The position numbers were made by a program, and so were the translations under genes. Positions 43,535 to 52,335 of a stretch of DNA of 64,000 nt are shown one piece after another. Within the stretch, counting starts at the first letter, position 1. The number at the start of each line of letters is the position of its first letter. The notes beneath the pieces are model-generated. The model was given only the letters and a program-made list of their open reading frames with translations. It was not told the origin of the DNA and searched no databases. The stretch is from contig JANLFK010000007.1 of NCBI GenBank assembly GCA_024655945.1, positions 133,123 through 197,122 on the forward strand, given 5' to 3'. Origin of the DNA: Candidatus Zhuqueibacterota bacterium. GTDB taxonomy: Bacteria; Zhuqueibacterota; Zhuqueibacteria; JANLFK01; Oleimicrobiaceae.

Positions 43535-45313
43535 ATGAGCACGTGGAGAGTATGGGGTGTGGCCGCGGTGCTGCTGTGCGTGCTGTTGGTGGCGCAGGTC
43601 AGCGCGCAACAGCTCCATCAGGAGCGCCGGTATGAGCCGGTGGTGGTCAAGCACCGGGAGATGCCGATCTGGGAGGACCTGCCCATCGAGCAGCTGTACC
43701 TCTACGCCTACGATGCGTGGACCGGTGTCTGGCGGCCGATGCCCTTCCAGATCGATGAGGTCTACAACACTGAGGACCCGTGCAAGCCTGGGGTGGCGGA
43801 GGCCCACCGCGACTTTTACGTGCAGGTGGGGAGCGCCAACGTCATTGCCGCCGATGCGAACCCGGCCTTTGACTCCGATGACGAGCTCGTCTTTCTGGTG
43901 GGGGACATGGGCGACCGCGCCCCTGATGACGCCTGGCTCGACGACCCGGACGCGCGCCAGCACCGCCGCTGGGAGATTGCGGTCGCCGACCCAGTGAACC
44001 CCTCCTGGCGTTGCTACGCCTACCTCTACCAGTCTTCCACCCTGAACCTGCAGGTGCCTAACCCGTACGGCTTTGCCTTCGACCCGGTGCGGCAGGAGGT
44101 GCAGACGACCATGTACCGCCTCCGCCTCAGCTCCACTAATGGGATGGTAGAGGATGTGGCCATCAAACCTCCGTACGGCAGCGGCGTGGACTTTTTCGAC
44201 ACGCAGAAGATCCGCTTTGCCGGCTACATGGATGTTACCGGTCAGTCCATCTACGTCGGTCTTGGCGGGGCTCCAGCCGCGAATGAGCGTGACAACCTGC
44301 ACGTGTACCAGGCACAGGAGGTGGGGCGCTACTACTTCGGCTACACTGCGCGACCGGTGGTGCGACTGGTGCGCACCGTTCGCCAGACGATCAAGTTCGG
44401 CGTGGTGGTGCTCCATGACATAGCGTTCTACGTCAAGGGCTACTTCTACCCGTTTTCCGCTGCCGTGGTGGGCGGCGCCAATTTGGATCCGGAGAAACTG
44501 AAGGCGGCGTTCAACACGGAGAACGACATCTACATCGAAATGGAACTCCTCCGTCAGTCGTGGGATTTCAACAGCAACGCCGTTGGCATGCGCTTCTACA
44601 ACCGCTTCAATGACGGCGTGCCGATCGATGGCGTGCCGGACGCAGTGAACAGCCAGATCCAGCTGCCCATTCGAGAGTGGGGCCTGGTCACTGGCCCGCA
44701 GGGCAGCATGTTTACCCACGCTACTTTCCGCGACACCACCTGGCAGGGCATTGCCCTCTACTACCACGATAGCCAGCAGGGGGGCGTGGCCGATGGCACT
44801 GCTGGCGGCGACACCGGCGACGGCGTCTCCTACGGCGACTATGGCATGATCTTCCGCGGCAGCGGCCAGGATAGCGTGAACTTGGAGTTGGGTTTTGTCG
44901 CCTACTTTTTGCCGGCCAATTTGCCCCGCAGCGAGGCTGAGAAGCTGGCCTTTATCGTCCAGCACCCGGTCACGGTTTCGGCGCGGGCAGTGGCATATCC
45001 CAGCGGTGTGGCCACGCAAAATCCACAGGCGCCTGCGCAGTCTCGCCTCTTGCCCGCCTTCCCGAATCCTTCTCCCGGTGGCGTCAGACTGCGTTTTGAG
45101 GCCGCAGGGTATGAGCACCTGACCCTGACGGTGATGGACGTGGCCGGGCGTCTGGTGGCCACTGTTGCTGCCGGGGAGTTCGGCCCAGGCAGGCACGAGG
45201 TGTACTGGGACGGCCGCGACTCCCACGGGAACCTGGTCCCCCCGGGTATCTACACGTGCTGGTTGCGTGGCGGCGGGCGCTCCAGGAGCACCAAACTGCT
45301 ACTTGTTCGCTGA
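43535..45313 (+). CDS. secreted hypothetical protein with T9SS C-terminal sorting domain (paralog B)
   Basis: A GAGGTG SD precedes the ATG at 43535 (MSTWRVWGVAAVLLCVLLVAQVSAQ). The track start at 43364 would overlap paralog A. Same conserved blocks as paralog A, plus a T9SS C-terminal domain. Confidence 0.7.
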   Translation: MSTWRVWGVAAVLLCVLLVAQVSAQQLHQERRYEPVVVKHREMPIWEDLPIEQLYLYAYDAWTGVWRPMPFQIDEVYNTEDPCKPGVAEAHRDFYVQVGSANVIAADANPAFDSDDELVFLVGDMGDRAPDDAWLDDPDARQHRRWEIAVADPVNPSWRCYAYLYQSSTLNLQVPNPYGFAFDPVRQEVQTTMYRLRLSSTNGMVEDVAIKPPYGSGVDFFDTQKIRFAGYMDVTGQSIYVGLGGAPAANERDNLHVYQAQEVGRYYFGYTARPVVRLVRTVRQTIKFGVVVLHDIAFYVKGYFYPFSAAVVGGANLDPEKLKAAFNTENDIYIEMELLRQSWDFNSNAVGMRFYNRFNDGVPIDGVPDAVNSQIQLPIREWGLVTGPQGSMFTHATFRDTTWQGIALYYHDSQQGGVADGTAGGDTGDGVSYGDYGMIFRGSGQDSVNLELGFVAYFLPANLPRSEAEKLAFIVQHPVTVSARAVAYPSGVATQNPQAPAQSRLLPAFPNPSPGGVRLRFEAAGYEHLTLTVMDVAGRLVATVAAGEFGPGRHEVYWDGRDSHGNLVPPGIYTCWLRGGGRSRSTKLLLVR

Positions 45314-45333
45314 ACGGCCAGGTGGGGTGAGGC

Positions 45334-46209
45334 ATGAGTATCCGCCGTGGTGGAGGCAGGGGCGTTGCGATCGCCAGCGCCGTCATTGGCGCGGCTGTCC
45401 TGCTAACTGGGCTCTCCTGTGAGGTCGAGCACGGCATTGCCCCGCTGCCGGGCATGGTGCGGGCAAGGGTGCTGTTCTACGGTGGACCACCGCCCAAGAA
45501 CACGCAGGGCATCTACTTGGTTGTGGCCCCCAAGTTTCCGCCGCGCGCCATCAATGAGCTCTACCACAGCCCCAATAGCCTGCCCTTCAAATGGGATGCC
45601 GTCCGCGACACGGTGATGGCGGAGATGGCTCTCCCTTACGGCCATTACGAGGCCATCAGCCTGTGGTGGTACAACACCGAGACCAAGTCCAATCTTGCTG
45701 ACGTGCTTGCCCTGCCTCTGGACGCCAGGAATAACCTCCTGCCCTTGGGATTCGATATCACCAAGGAGGAGCCGGTCTTTGCAATCGACCTGCGTGCCAA
45801 TTGGAGCCGCGTTGACCGCGACGCGAGCATCGAGGGGACTCTCTACTTCAACGGGCCTTTCCCTGCGAACACGCTGGCCACGGCGGTTGCCGCCTATGTG
45901 CGCAAGCCTGAGGTGAATGTCGAGTATCTGACCCTGCTCAAGTCCATCGACTTTTCTGTGGGCACAGAATCCGACAACTTCGATGCCCAGAAGAACGCCT
46001 ACCACTACGTGCTCCCGGTACGGCACGGGACGGTGGAGTACGTGGCTGTGTTCTGGCTGCCGGAGCGGGCCAGCTTGACTGACTTTCGCGTGCTCGGCAT
46101 CTACGAAGACCCGGACGCCCCAGGGCAGCCGGGCAAGCTGAGCATCAAGGCCGGTGAAACGAAGAAGGGGGCGGATATCTTCGTCGACTGGGCAAAGGCC
46201 AAGCCGTAG
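45334..46209 (+). CDS. hypothetical (lipo)protein
   Basis: 291 aa. Signal peptide with Cys (LLTGLSC). No recognizable domain. Confidence 0.55.
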   Translation: MSIRRGGGRGVAIASAVIGAAVLLTGLSCEVEHGIAPLPGMVRARVLFYGGPPPKNTQGIYLVVAPKFPPRAINELYHSPNSLPFKWDAVRDTVMAEMALPYGHYEAISLWWYNTETKSNLADVLALPLDARNNLLPLGFDITKEEPVFAIDLRANWSRVDRDASIEGTLYFNGPFPANTLATAVAAYVRKPEVNVEYLTLLKSIDFSVGTESDNFDAQKNAYHYVLPVRHGTVEYVAVFWLPERASLTDFRVLGIYEDPDAPGQPGKLSIKAGETKKGADIFVDWAKAKP

Positions 46210-46226
46210 GCTCAGGAGAAGGAGAG

Positions 46227-48401
46227 ATGCGCAAGCTCCATTGCTTGCTTCTGGTCTTTGCCGTTGCCGGGGCAGCAGTCCGCGCTGGCCATGCAGGGGT
46301 GGGGAGCGTGGCTGGCACGGTGGTGGACAGCGAGACCGGCAAGCCGCTGCCTGGCGCCAATGTGCAGGTGTTGGGCACCACGCGCGGGGCCAGTGCCGAC
46401 CGGGAAGGGCACTTTGTGGTGGTTCACCTGCCACCTGGCACCTACAGCGTGCGCGCCTCGATGATCGGCTACCGGGCGGTCACTCGCGAGTGGGTGAAGG
46501 TGGTCGAGGGCCAGGAGACGTGCCTCAGCTTTTCCCTGCAGCCTGCCCCCATCGAATTCGACCCCATAGTTGTGGTGGCTGGCAAGGCGCAGCAGCGGCT
46601 GGACCAGGCGGCGGTGTCCATTTCCGTGGTGAGCGCGCGCGACATCCAACGGCGCAATGCTACCAATCTGCTCGAGGCGTTGGAGACAGCGCCTGGGGTT
46701 AATTTCATCGGCGAGCAGATCAACATCCGCGGCTCCACCGGCTACACTTTTGGCGCAGGCAACAAGGTCTTGCTCCTGTTGGACGGCGTGCCGGTCTATG
46801 CCAGCGACACAGGTCAGTTCAACTGGGACATGCTGCCGCCGCTGGACATTGAGCAGATCGAGGTCCTGAAAGGCGCCGGCTCCACGCTCTGGGGCGCCTC
46901 GGCCCTGGGCGGCGTGGTCAACGTCGTCACCAAGTCGCCTTCGCCCAAGGGGCAACTGCTCTTTTCATGGACTGCGGGCAAGTACGACCGGCCCTACTAC
47001 GATGAGTGGCGCTGGACCGATCCCGACCGCCTGCACTACACGCGCGAAGACCTGAGCTACAGCCGCAGCTTTGGCCCTTTGGGCCTGCGGCTTTCGGCCG
47101 GGCGCTTTATGTCCACCGGCTACACGCAACTGGGCGACTTTCAGAAATACAACCTCACGGGGCGCGCCGACTACCGCTTTCGCAACAACGTGCGCTGGAC
47201 GCTCTATGCCGCGTACAGCTTCATCAAGCGTGGCTTTTTCGTCCAGTGGAAAGGGCAGAACGACCCCTACGAGGTGGACGAGGCGAACCTTGGCAATCGG
47301 GCGGCGACCAATCAGCTGGCCTGTTATGCCAAAGTCGTGGTGCCGTTCTCTGCGCGGGTGGCGCTGCATGTGCGGGGCTCGCTGGTGCGCACGCTCATGG
47401 GCAATCAGTTCGGCGCGGAGGCCAATTTCAATCCGGCGTGGGGACAGGGGGTTGAGCTCCAGGCGGATTGGCTGCCTCACGACCGCCACACCATCACCGG
47501 CGGCCTGCAGTACCAGCACGACGCCGGCAGCACCAAGTACTTTGGTAGCCACAGGGGCTTTTTCGTGGGGCCCTACGTGCAGGACGAATGGCGCGTGCGC
47601 GACAACCTGCGTCTGACCGGCGGCCTGCGCTATGACCGCTACCAAATCGTCGGCGGCCTGAAGGAGGACCTGTTCAGCCCCCGCCTTGGCGTCAACTGGC
47701 AGCCTTGGGCGAACGCCAGCCTGCGCGCTTCGGTGGGCAGCGGCTTCCGGGCGGCAACCATCGTGGAGCGCTATCTCGAGCTGACGGTGATGAACTTCAA
47801 GATCAAGGCCAATCCCGGCATTCGCGCGGAGCGGTCGTGGGCCTATGACCTCGGCTTCTGCCAGTACCTCATGCGCGACTGGAATGTGGACGTCTCCTTC
47901 TTCGACAATGAGTACTGGGACATGATTGAGGCGCACCTGGATTTGATTCGCGGGCAGATCCAGTTTCGCAACGTGACGCGCGCCAGGGTTCGCGGCGTGG
48001 AAGCCACCACCAACCTCAGCGTGCCGTTCCGCCTGCTGGGCCGTAGATGGACCGCTGGACTGCACCTCAGCACCACGGCCATGGACCCGCGCGACATCAA
48101 GTGGAATGAGCCCCTCACCTATCGGCCAAAGGTGCTCACCACGGTGAAAGCCGATCTGCGCCTGGGCAGGCTGCAAGGCGAAATCGACTACCGTTACGCC
48201 AGCAAGATCGACAAAGTCAAGGTCTACCCCATCAACGAGCGGGTGCCAATGAAGTTTGTGGACCTGCGCTTTGGCGTGGAGTTGGGCAAAGTCGCCTTGC
48301 GGGCAAGTGTGAACAACCTTCTGCAGTACAACTATGCGCCCATGGAGAGCAACCTCATGCCCATGCGCACGTTTCTTGTCGGCCTGCAAGGTGGCTTCTG
48401 A
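46227..48401 (+). CDS. TonB-dependent outer-membrane receptor with N-terminal carboxypeptidase-regulatory-like domain
   Basis: Signal peptide. CarbopepD_reg beta-sandwich (GTVVDSETGKPLPGANVQVLGT...GTYSVRAS.IGY), plug domain, 22-strand barrel, C-terminal aromatic residue (...LQGGF). Confidence 0.85.
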   Translation: MRKLHCLLLVFAVAGAAVRAGHAGVGSVAGTVVDSETGKPLPGANVQVLGTTRGASADREGHFVVVHLPPGTYSVRASMIGYRAVTREWVKVVEGQETCLSFSLQPAPIEFDPIVVVAGKAQQRLDQAAVSISVVSARDIQRRNATNLLEALETAPGVNFIGEQINIRGSTGYTFGAGNKVLLLLDGVPVYASDTGQFNWDMLPPLDIEQIEVLKGAGSTLWGASALGGVVNVVTKSPSPKGQLLFSWTAGKYDRPYYDEWRWTDPDRLHYTREDLSYSRSFGPLGLRLSAGRFMSTGYTQLGDFQKYNLTGRADYRFRNNVRWTLYAAYSFIKRGFFVQWKGQNDPYEVDEANLGNRAATNQLACYAKVVVPFSARVALHVRGSLVRTLMGNQFGAEANFNPAWGQGVELQADWLPHDRHTITGGLQYQHDAGSTKYFGSHRGFFVGPYVQDEWRVRDNLRLTGGLRYDRYQIVGGLKEDLFSPRLGVNWQPWANASLRASVGSGFRAATIVERYLELTVMNFKIKANPGIRAERSWAYDLGFCQYLMRDWNVDVSFFDNEYWDMIEAHLDLIRGQIQFRNVTRARVRGVEATTNLSVPFRLLGRRWTAGLHLSTTAMDPRDIKWNEPLTYRPKVLTTVKADLRLGRLQGEIDYRYASKIDKVKVYPINERVPMKFVDLRFGVELGKVALRASVNNLLQYNYAPMESNLMPMRTFLVGLQGGF

Positions 48402-48437
48402 GAAAGGAAAGGAGTGGCAACAGCATTGGAGGCGAAG

Positions 48438-49664
48438 ATGAGACGCGACCTGACCAGGCGGGAGTTTATGGCCAACGCGGCGTTGGGGGGACTGGTGCTG
48501 GGGACGGCGTGGCCATTGATGCGGTCGTTAGGCACGCAGCAGCCCCCGGCGCCAAAGGTGATCTACCGCCCACTGGGCAAGACAGGGGTTCGTCTGCCCA
48601 TCGTCAGCTTCGGGGTGATGAACTCCGACAGCCCAGACCTGCTGCGCAAGGCTCTTGACCTCGGCGTGCGCCACTTGGACACGGCGCATGGCTACATGGG
48701 CGGCAAGAGCGAGGAGGTCATTGGCACCATTGTGGCCGAGCGCACGTGCCGCGACCGCGTGGTCATCGGCACCAAGCTCTGGTTTGCCCGGGACCGCGAG
48801 GGGAACTTTCTCACCGCCGACCGTGGCCCGAATCCCGGCGCCACACAGGAAAACTTTGACCGCATGCTGGGCATCAGCCTGAAGAGGCTGCAGAGCGACT
48901 ATGTGGATATCCTCTACTTGCACAGCTGCCAGACGGCGGGCATGGTTACCCACGAGCCTCTCCTGAAAATCTTCGCGGAGGCCAAGAAGAAGGGGCTGGC
49001 GCGCTTTGTCGGCATCTCCACCCATTCCAACGAGCCGGAGGTGATCCGTGCGGCAGCGGACAGCGGCGTGTGGGATGTGGTCCTCACCGCCTACAACTAC
49101 CTCCAGGGCCATCGCGACGAGGTGCGCGCGGCCATCAAGTACGCGGCCGACAAGGGCCTTGGCGTGGTTGCCATGAAGACGCAGGCAGGAGCGCGCATGA
49201 ACCAGCGGCGGAGCGTCAACCATGCGGCAGCCCTCAAGTGGGTGCTCAATGACGAGCACGTGTGCACCACCATCCCCGGGGTCACGACGTTTGAGCAACT
49301 GGAGCTGGATTGGGGACTGATGGCCAACCTCAAACTGACTGAGGAGGAAGAAAAGGACCTGCAGCTTTCGGCCGCAACGCCAGGATCGTTCTACTGCCAC
49401 GGCTGTCGCTCGTGCGTGGCCTCGTGTCCGCAGCAGGTGGAGATTCCCACGGCCATGCGCGCCTACATGTACGCCTTTGCCTATGGCAACCGCCGGCAGG
49501 CGCACCAGGCGTTGGCAGAGTTCGCCGACCAGCGTGGACTCGCCCCCTGCCGGGACTGCGAGCGGTGTGTGGCCTCCTGCCGGCACGGCATCCCGATCGG
49601 CGCGCGCGTTCAGGGCGTCCTTGCCTTGGCAGGTGCGCATGACCACTCTGTGCAGCAAGTGTGA
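48438..49664 (+). CDS. TAT-exported aldo/keto reductase with C-terminal [4Fe-4S] ferredoxin-like domain
   Basis: Twin-arginine motif TRREFMANAALGG. AKR fold (GVRHLDTAHGY...). C-terminal CHGCRSCVASCP and CRDCERCVASC motifs. Confidence 0.75.
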   Translation: MRRDLTRREFMANAALGGLVLGTAWPLMRSLGTQQPPAPKVIYRPLGKTGVRLPIVSFGVMNSDSPDLLRKALDLGVRHLDTAHGYMGGKSEEVIGTIVAERTCRDRVVIGTKLWFARDREGNFLTADRGPNPGATQENFDRMLGISLKRLQSDYVDILYLHSCQTAGMVTHEPLLKIFAEAKKKGLARFVGISTHSNEPEVIRAAADSGVWDVVLTAYNYLQGHRDEVRAAIKYAADKGLGVVAMKTQAGARMNQRRSVNHAAALKWVLNDEHVCTTIPGVTTFEQLELDWGLMANLKLTEEEEKDLQLSAATPGSFYCHGCRSCVASCPQQVEIPTAMRAYMYAFAYGNRRQAHQALAEFADQRGLAPCRDCERCVASCRHGIPIGARVQGVLALAGAHDHSVQQV

Positions 49665-49674
49665 GGTGTACGCG

Positions 49675-50607
49675 ATGAGAAGTTTCCGCCCATCTTCGTT
49701 CAGGTTGGTCGGAGCTTTGGCGATCTTTGCGGTCGCGACAAGCTGTGTGGCGCAGGGCAGTGCCCAGCGGGAGGTCTTGGCTGCCCTGCTGCCCACTGCT
49801 GAGGACCTGCCGGGCTGGCAGCGTAGCGAGCCACTGCAATTTTTCCTGCCCGACAACTTGTGGGAGTACATCGACGGCGCCGCTGATCTGTACTTGGAGT
49901 ACGGCTTCCAGGCGGTGGTCGCTGCCGAGTACATGACGGCCGACAGCGCCCGCTCGCTCACTGTGGAGGTCTACCGCATGGCTACGCCGCTGGGCGGCTT
50001 TGGCATCTACGCGGCGGAGCGCTCCCCTGAGGACAGCATTGTGGCCGTGGGCGTGCAGGGGCGCCTGAGCGAAAATACCCTCAACTTCTGGAAGGGGCCT
50101 TTCTACGTCAAGCTCACTTCGTTTGACGTGGCGGAAGACGTGCCGCAGGTGCTCGCCCATGCGGCGCAGCGCATTGCGCAACGCATCCCAGGGGAGTTCG
50201 CCCAGCCTGCGCTGTTCGGCTGCTTTCCGGAGGAGCAGCGTGTGCCGCACAGCGAGCGCTACATCCCGCGCCACTTTCTGGGGCAAGCCTTTCTGCACGA
50301 TGCCTATCGCGTGGACTACCAGCATGGGGCAGTGGGGTGTCAGCTTTTCTTGGTCCCCACCGACTCGGCTGAGCAGGCGCTGCGCCGTTTGCTCGACTTT
50401 GCCCGCTCACAGGGGCAGAAGGTGGTGACCGACGAGGTGGGCGGCGTGCAGGTCACCTGCATGGGCGACGACCGCTGGATGATGGTCTTTGCCCTGCGCG
50501 GTCTGCTTGGGGGTGCCATTGGCGTCGTGGACCTGGAGGCGGGCAAGACGCTGGTGGGGCGGCTGCTGGCACGGGTGGCGGAGTGCCGGGCGGTTCAGGG
50601 GAGGTAG
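49675..50607 (+). CDS. hypothetical secreted/lipoprotein
   Basis: A GAGGTG SD precedes the ATG at 49675. Signal peptide ...FAVATSC. The preceding 66 codons of the track ORF overlap the AKR gene. Confidence 0.55.
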   Translation: MRSFRPSSFRLVGALAIFAVATSCVAQGSAQREVLAALLPTAEDLPGWQRSEPLQFFLPDNLWEYIDGAADLYLEYGFQAVVAAEYMTADSARSLTVEVYRMATPLGGFGIYAAERSPEDSIVAVGVQGRLSENTLNFWKGPFYVKLTSFDVAEDVPQVLAHAAQRIAQRIPGEFAQPALFGCFPEEQRVPHSERYIPRHFLGQAFLHDAYRVDYQHGAVGCQLFLVPTDSAEQALRRLLDFARSQGQKVVTDEVGGVQVTCMGDDRWMMVFALRGLLGGAIGVVDLEAGKTLVGRLLARVAECRAVQGR

Positions 50608-51387
50608 GTGAGACTTGGTTTGACGAGGGACCCCAGGCTGCAGTCTGAGTTAGCAAGGCAAGGTTTTTGAGGCCGGAGGCGGCGCCGGGCTGCTCCGCCG
50701 TGGCGTTTGAGCAAGGCGGCGCTCCTAAGGTGTGGCGTGCTCGCACCGACAAGCCGGGTGCAGCTCTGCGCTGGAGCTCGGGGGGCTGCGCCTCATTGCC
50801 AGGAACCTCCCCAGCCGCCTCCCGGGTCAGGAGCCAGCGCCGGGCGCTGCCGTGATTTGCTTCCGCCGCAACTTGTCCTCTTCCCAAAGGCCATGCCGAT
50901 CAGGTATGGGCTGTGCGCCAGTCGCGATCAGCCCATGGACTCTTGCAGTTGCCACATTTTCTCCGGGAAGACCCCCACTATTTGCTGCGCCAGCCAGGCC
51001 GTGGACGCATCCACTCGTGTCAGGCGATGCCATCTTGGCGGTTCTGCTCGAGGCGACGGTTCACAAGCGAGGGCCGGTGGCCTTAGGCGCGGCCTGTTCT
51101 GCCTCTCGTTGGCAGCACGTCCTAAGCTACTGAAGTCGTCCTGACTTCGCCAGAGCGAGCGCGCCATATCGCCGCAATGTGCCCCGGCGTCCCGCAGGAA
51201 GTCCTTCGCCAGCGCCCAGGCCCCACCGGCCCTGCAAGTTTTCACCGCCTTGCGTGTTCAAAGGCCGTGAACAGCTCTCGCCGGCTTTGCAGACAGACGG
51301 CGGCGGGAACTCTTGCGCCGGAATTCCGTACAGAGCATCAGTGCTGTCGACTTTCGCGGAACCGAGCCGTTCTATCAGAGGGAGCGT

Positions 51388-52299
51388 ATGGTCATCACAA
51401 TTGAAGGCCTGACCAAGGTCTACGAAGGCGGAAAGAAAGCCATCGACGACATTAACCTACGCATCGAGAGCGGGATGTTTGGCCTGCTCGGGCCCAACGG
51501 TGCCGGCAAGACCACCCTCATGCGTATTCTGGCCACCCTCATGAAGCCCAGCGCCGGGGTGGTCAAGTTCAACGGCCTGGACCTGCAAAAAGACCGCCGC
51601 GCCATCCGCGCCATGCTCGGCTATCTGCCCCAGGATTTTCGCCTCTTTTCCCGCCTCACCACCTGGGAGTTTCTGGACTATATCGCCGCGCTCTCCGGCC
51701 TCAAGGACAGCCGCGCCCGGAAAAAGGCCGTGGCCAACATGTTAGAGCAGGTGGGGTTGTACGAGGTTGGTGACCGCCAGGCGAACAAGCTCTCCGGTGG
51801 CATGAAGCGGCGCTTGGGCATCGCCCAGGCACTCATCGGTGACCCCAAGGTGGTCATCGTCGACGAGCCCACCACCGGGTTGGATCCGGAGGAGCGCATC
51901 CGCTTCCGCAACCTCCTCTCGGACATGACGCGGCGCGACATTATCATCATCTTGTCCACGCACATCGTGGGCGACATCTCCAGCACCTGCCGCAAGATGG
52001 CGCTGCTCAATGACGGCCACCTGGTCTTCGAAGGGGCGCCGGACGCCTTGATCGAGCAGGCAAAAGGCCACGTCTGGCGCATCAAGGCGGCCGACTCTCA
52101 GTTGGAGGCGATCAAGGAGCGCTATCCGGTCATTGCCACCATCCCCGCCGAAGCGGGCTGGGAGGTAGAAGTGGTGGCCGAGAACTTGGACACCTATCCC
52201 GGCAAGCCCATCGACCCAAACTTGGAGCACGCCTATGTCTTCTTCATGGAGTACAAGTTGGGGGCGTCGCTGGACGAGAAGGAGTTGGCCGAGAGGTAG
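51388..52299 (+). CDS. ABC transporter ATP-binding protein (ABC-2 / gliding-GldA-like subfamily)
   Basis: Walker A GLLGPNGAGKTT, signature LSGGMKRRL, Walker B VVIVDEPTTGLD, H-loop. A GAGGGAG SD precedes the ATG at 51388. Confidence 0.9.
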   Translation: MVITIEGLTKVYEGGKKAIDDINLRIESGMFGLLGPNGAGKTTLMRILATLMKPSAGVVKFNGLDLQKDRRAIRAMLGYLPQDFRLFSRLTTWEFLDYIAALSGLKDSRARKKAVANMLEQVGLYEVGDRQANKLSGGMKRRLGIAQALIGDPKVVIVDEPTTGLDPEERIRFRNLLSDMTRRDIIIILSTHIVGDISSTCRKMALLNDGHLVFEGAPDALIEQAKGHVWRIKAADSQLEAIKERYPVIATIPAEAGWEVEVVAENLDTYPGKPIDPNLEHAYVFFMEYKLGASLDEKELAER

Positions 52300-52335
52300 G
52301 CGTGACGTCATCTATTGCATAGCGAGGTGAAGAGG

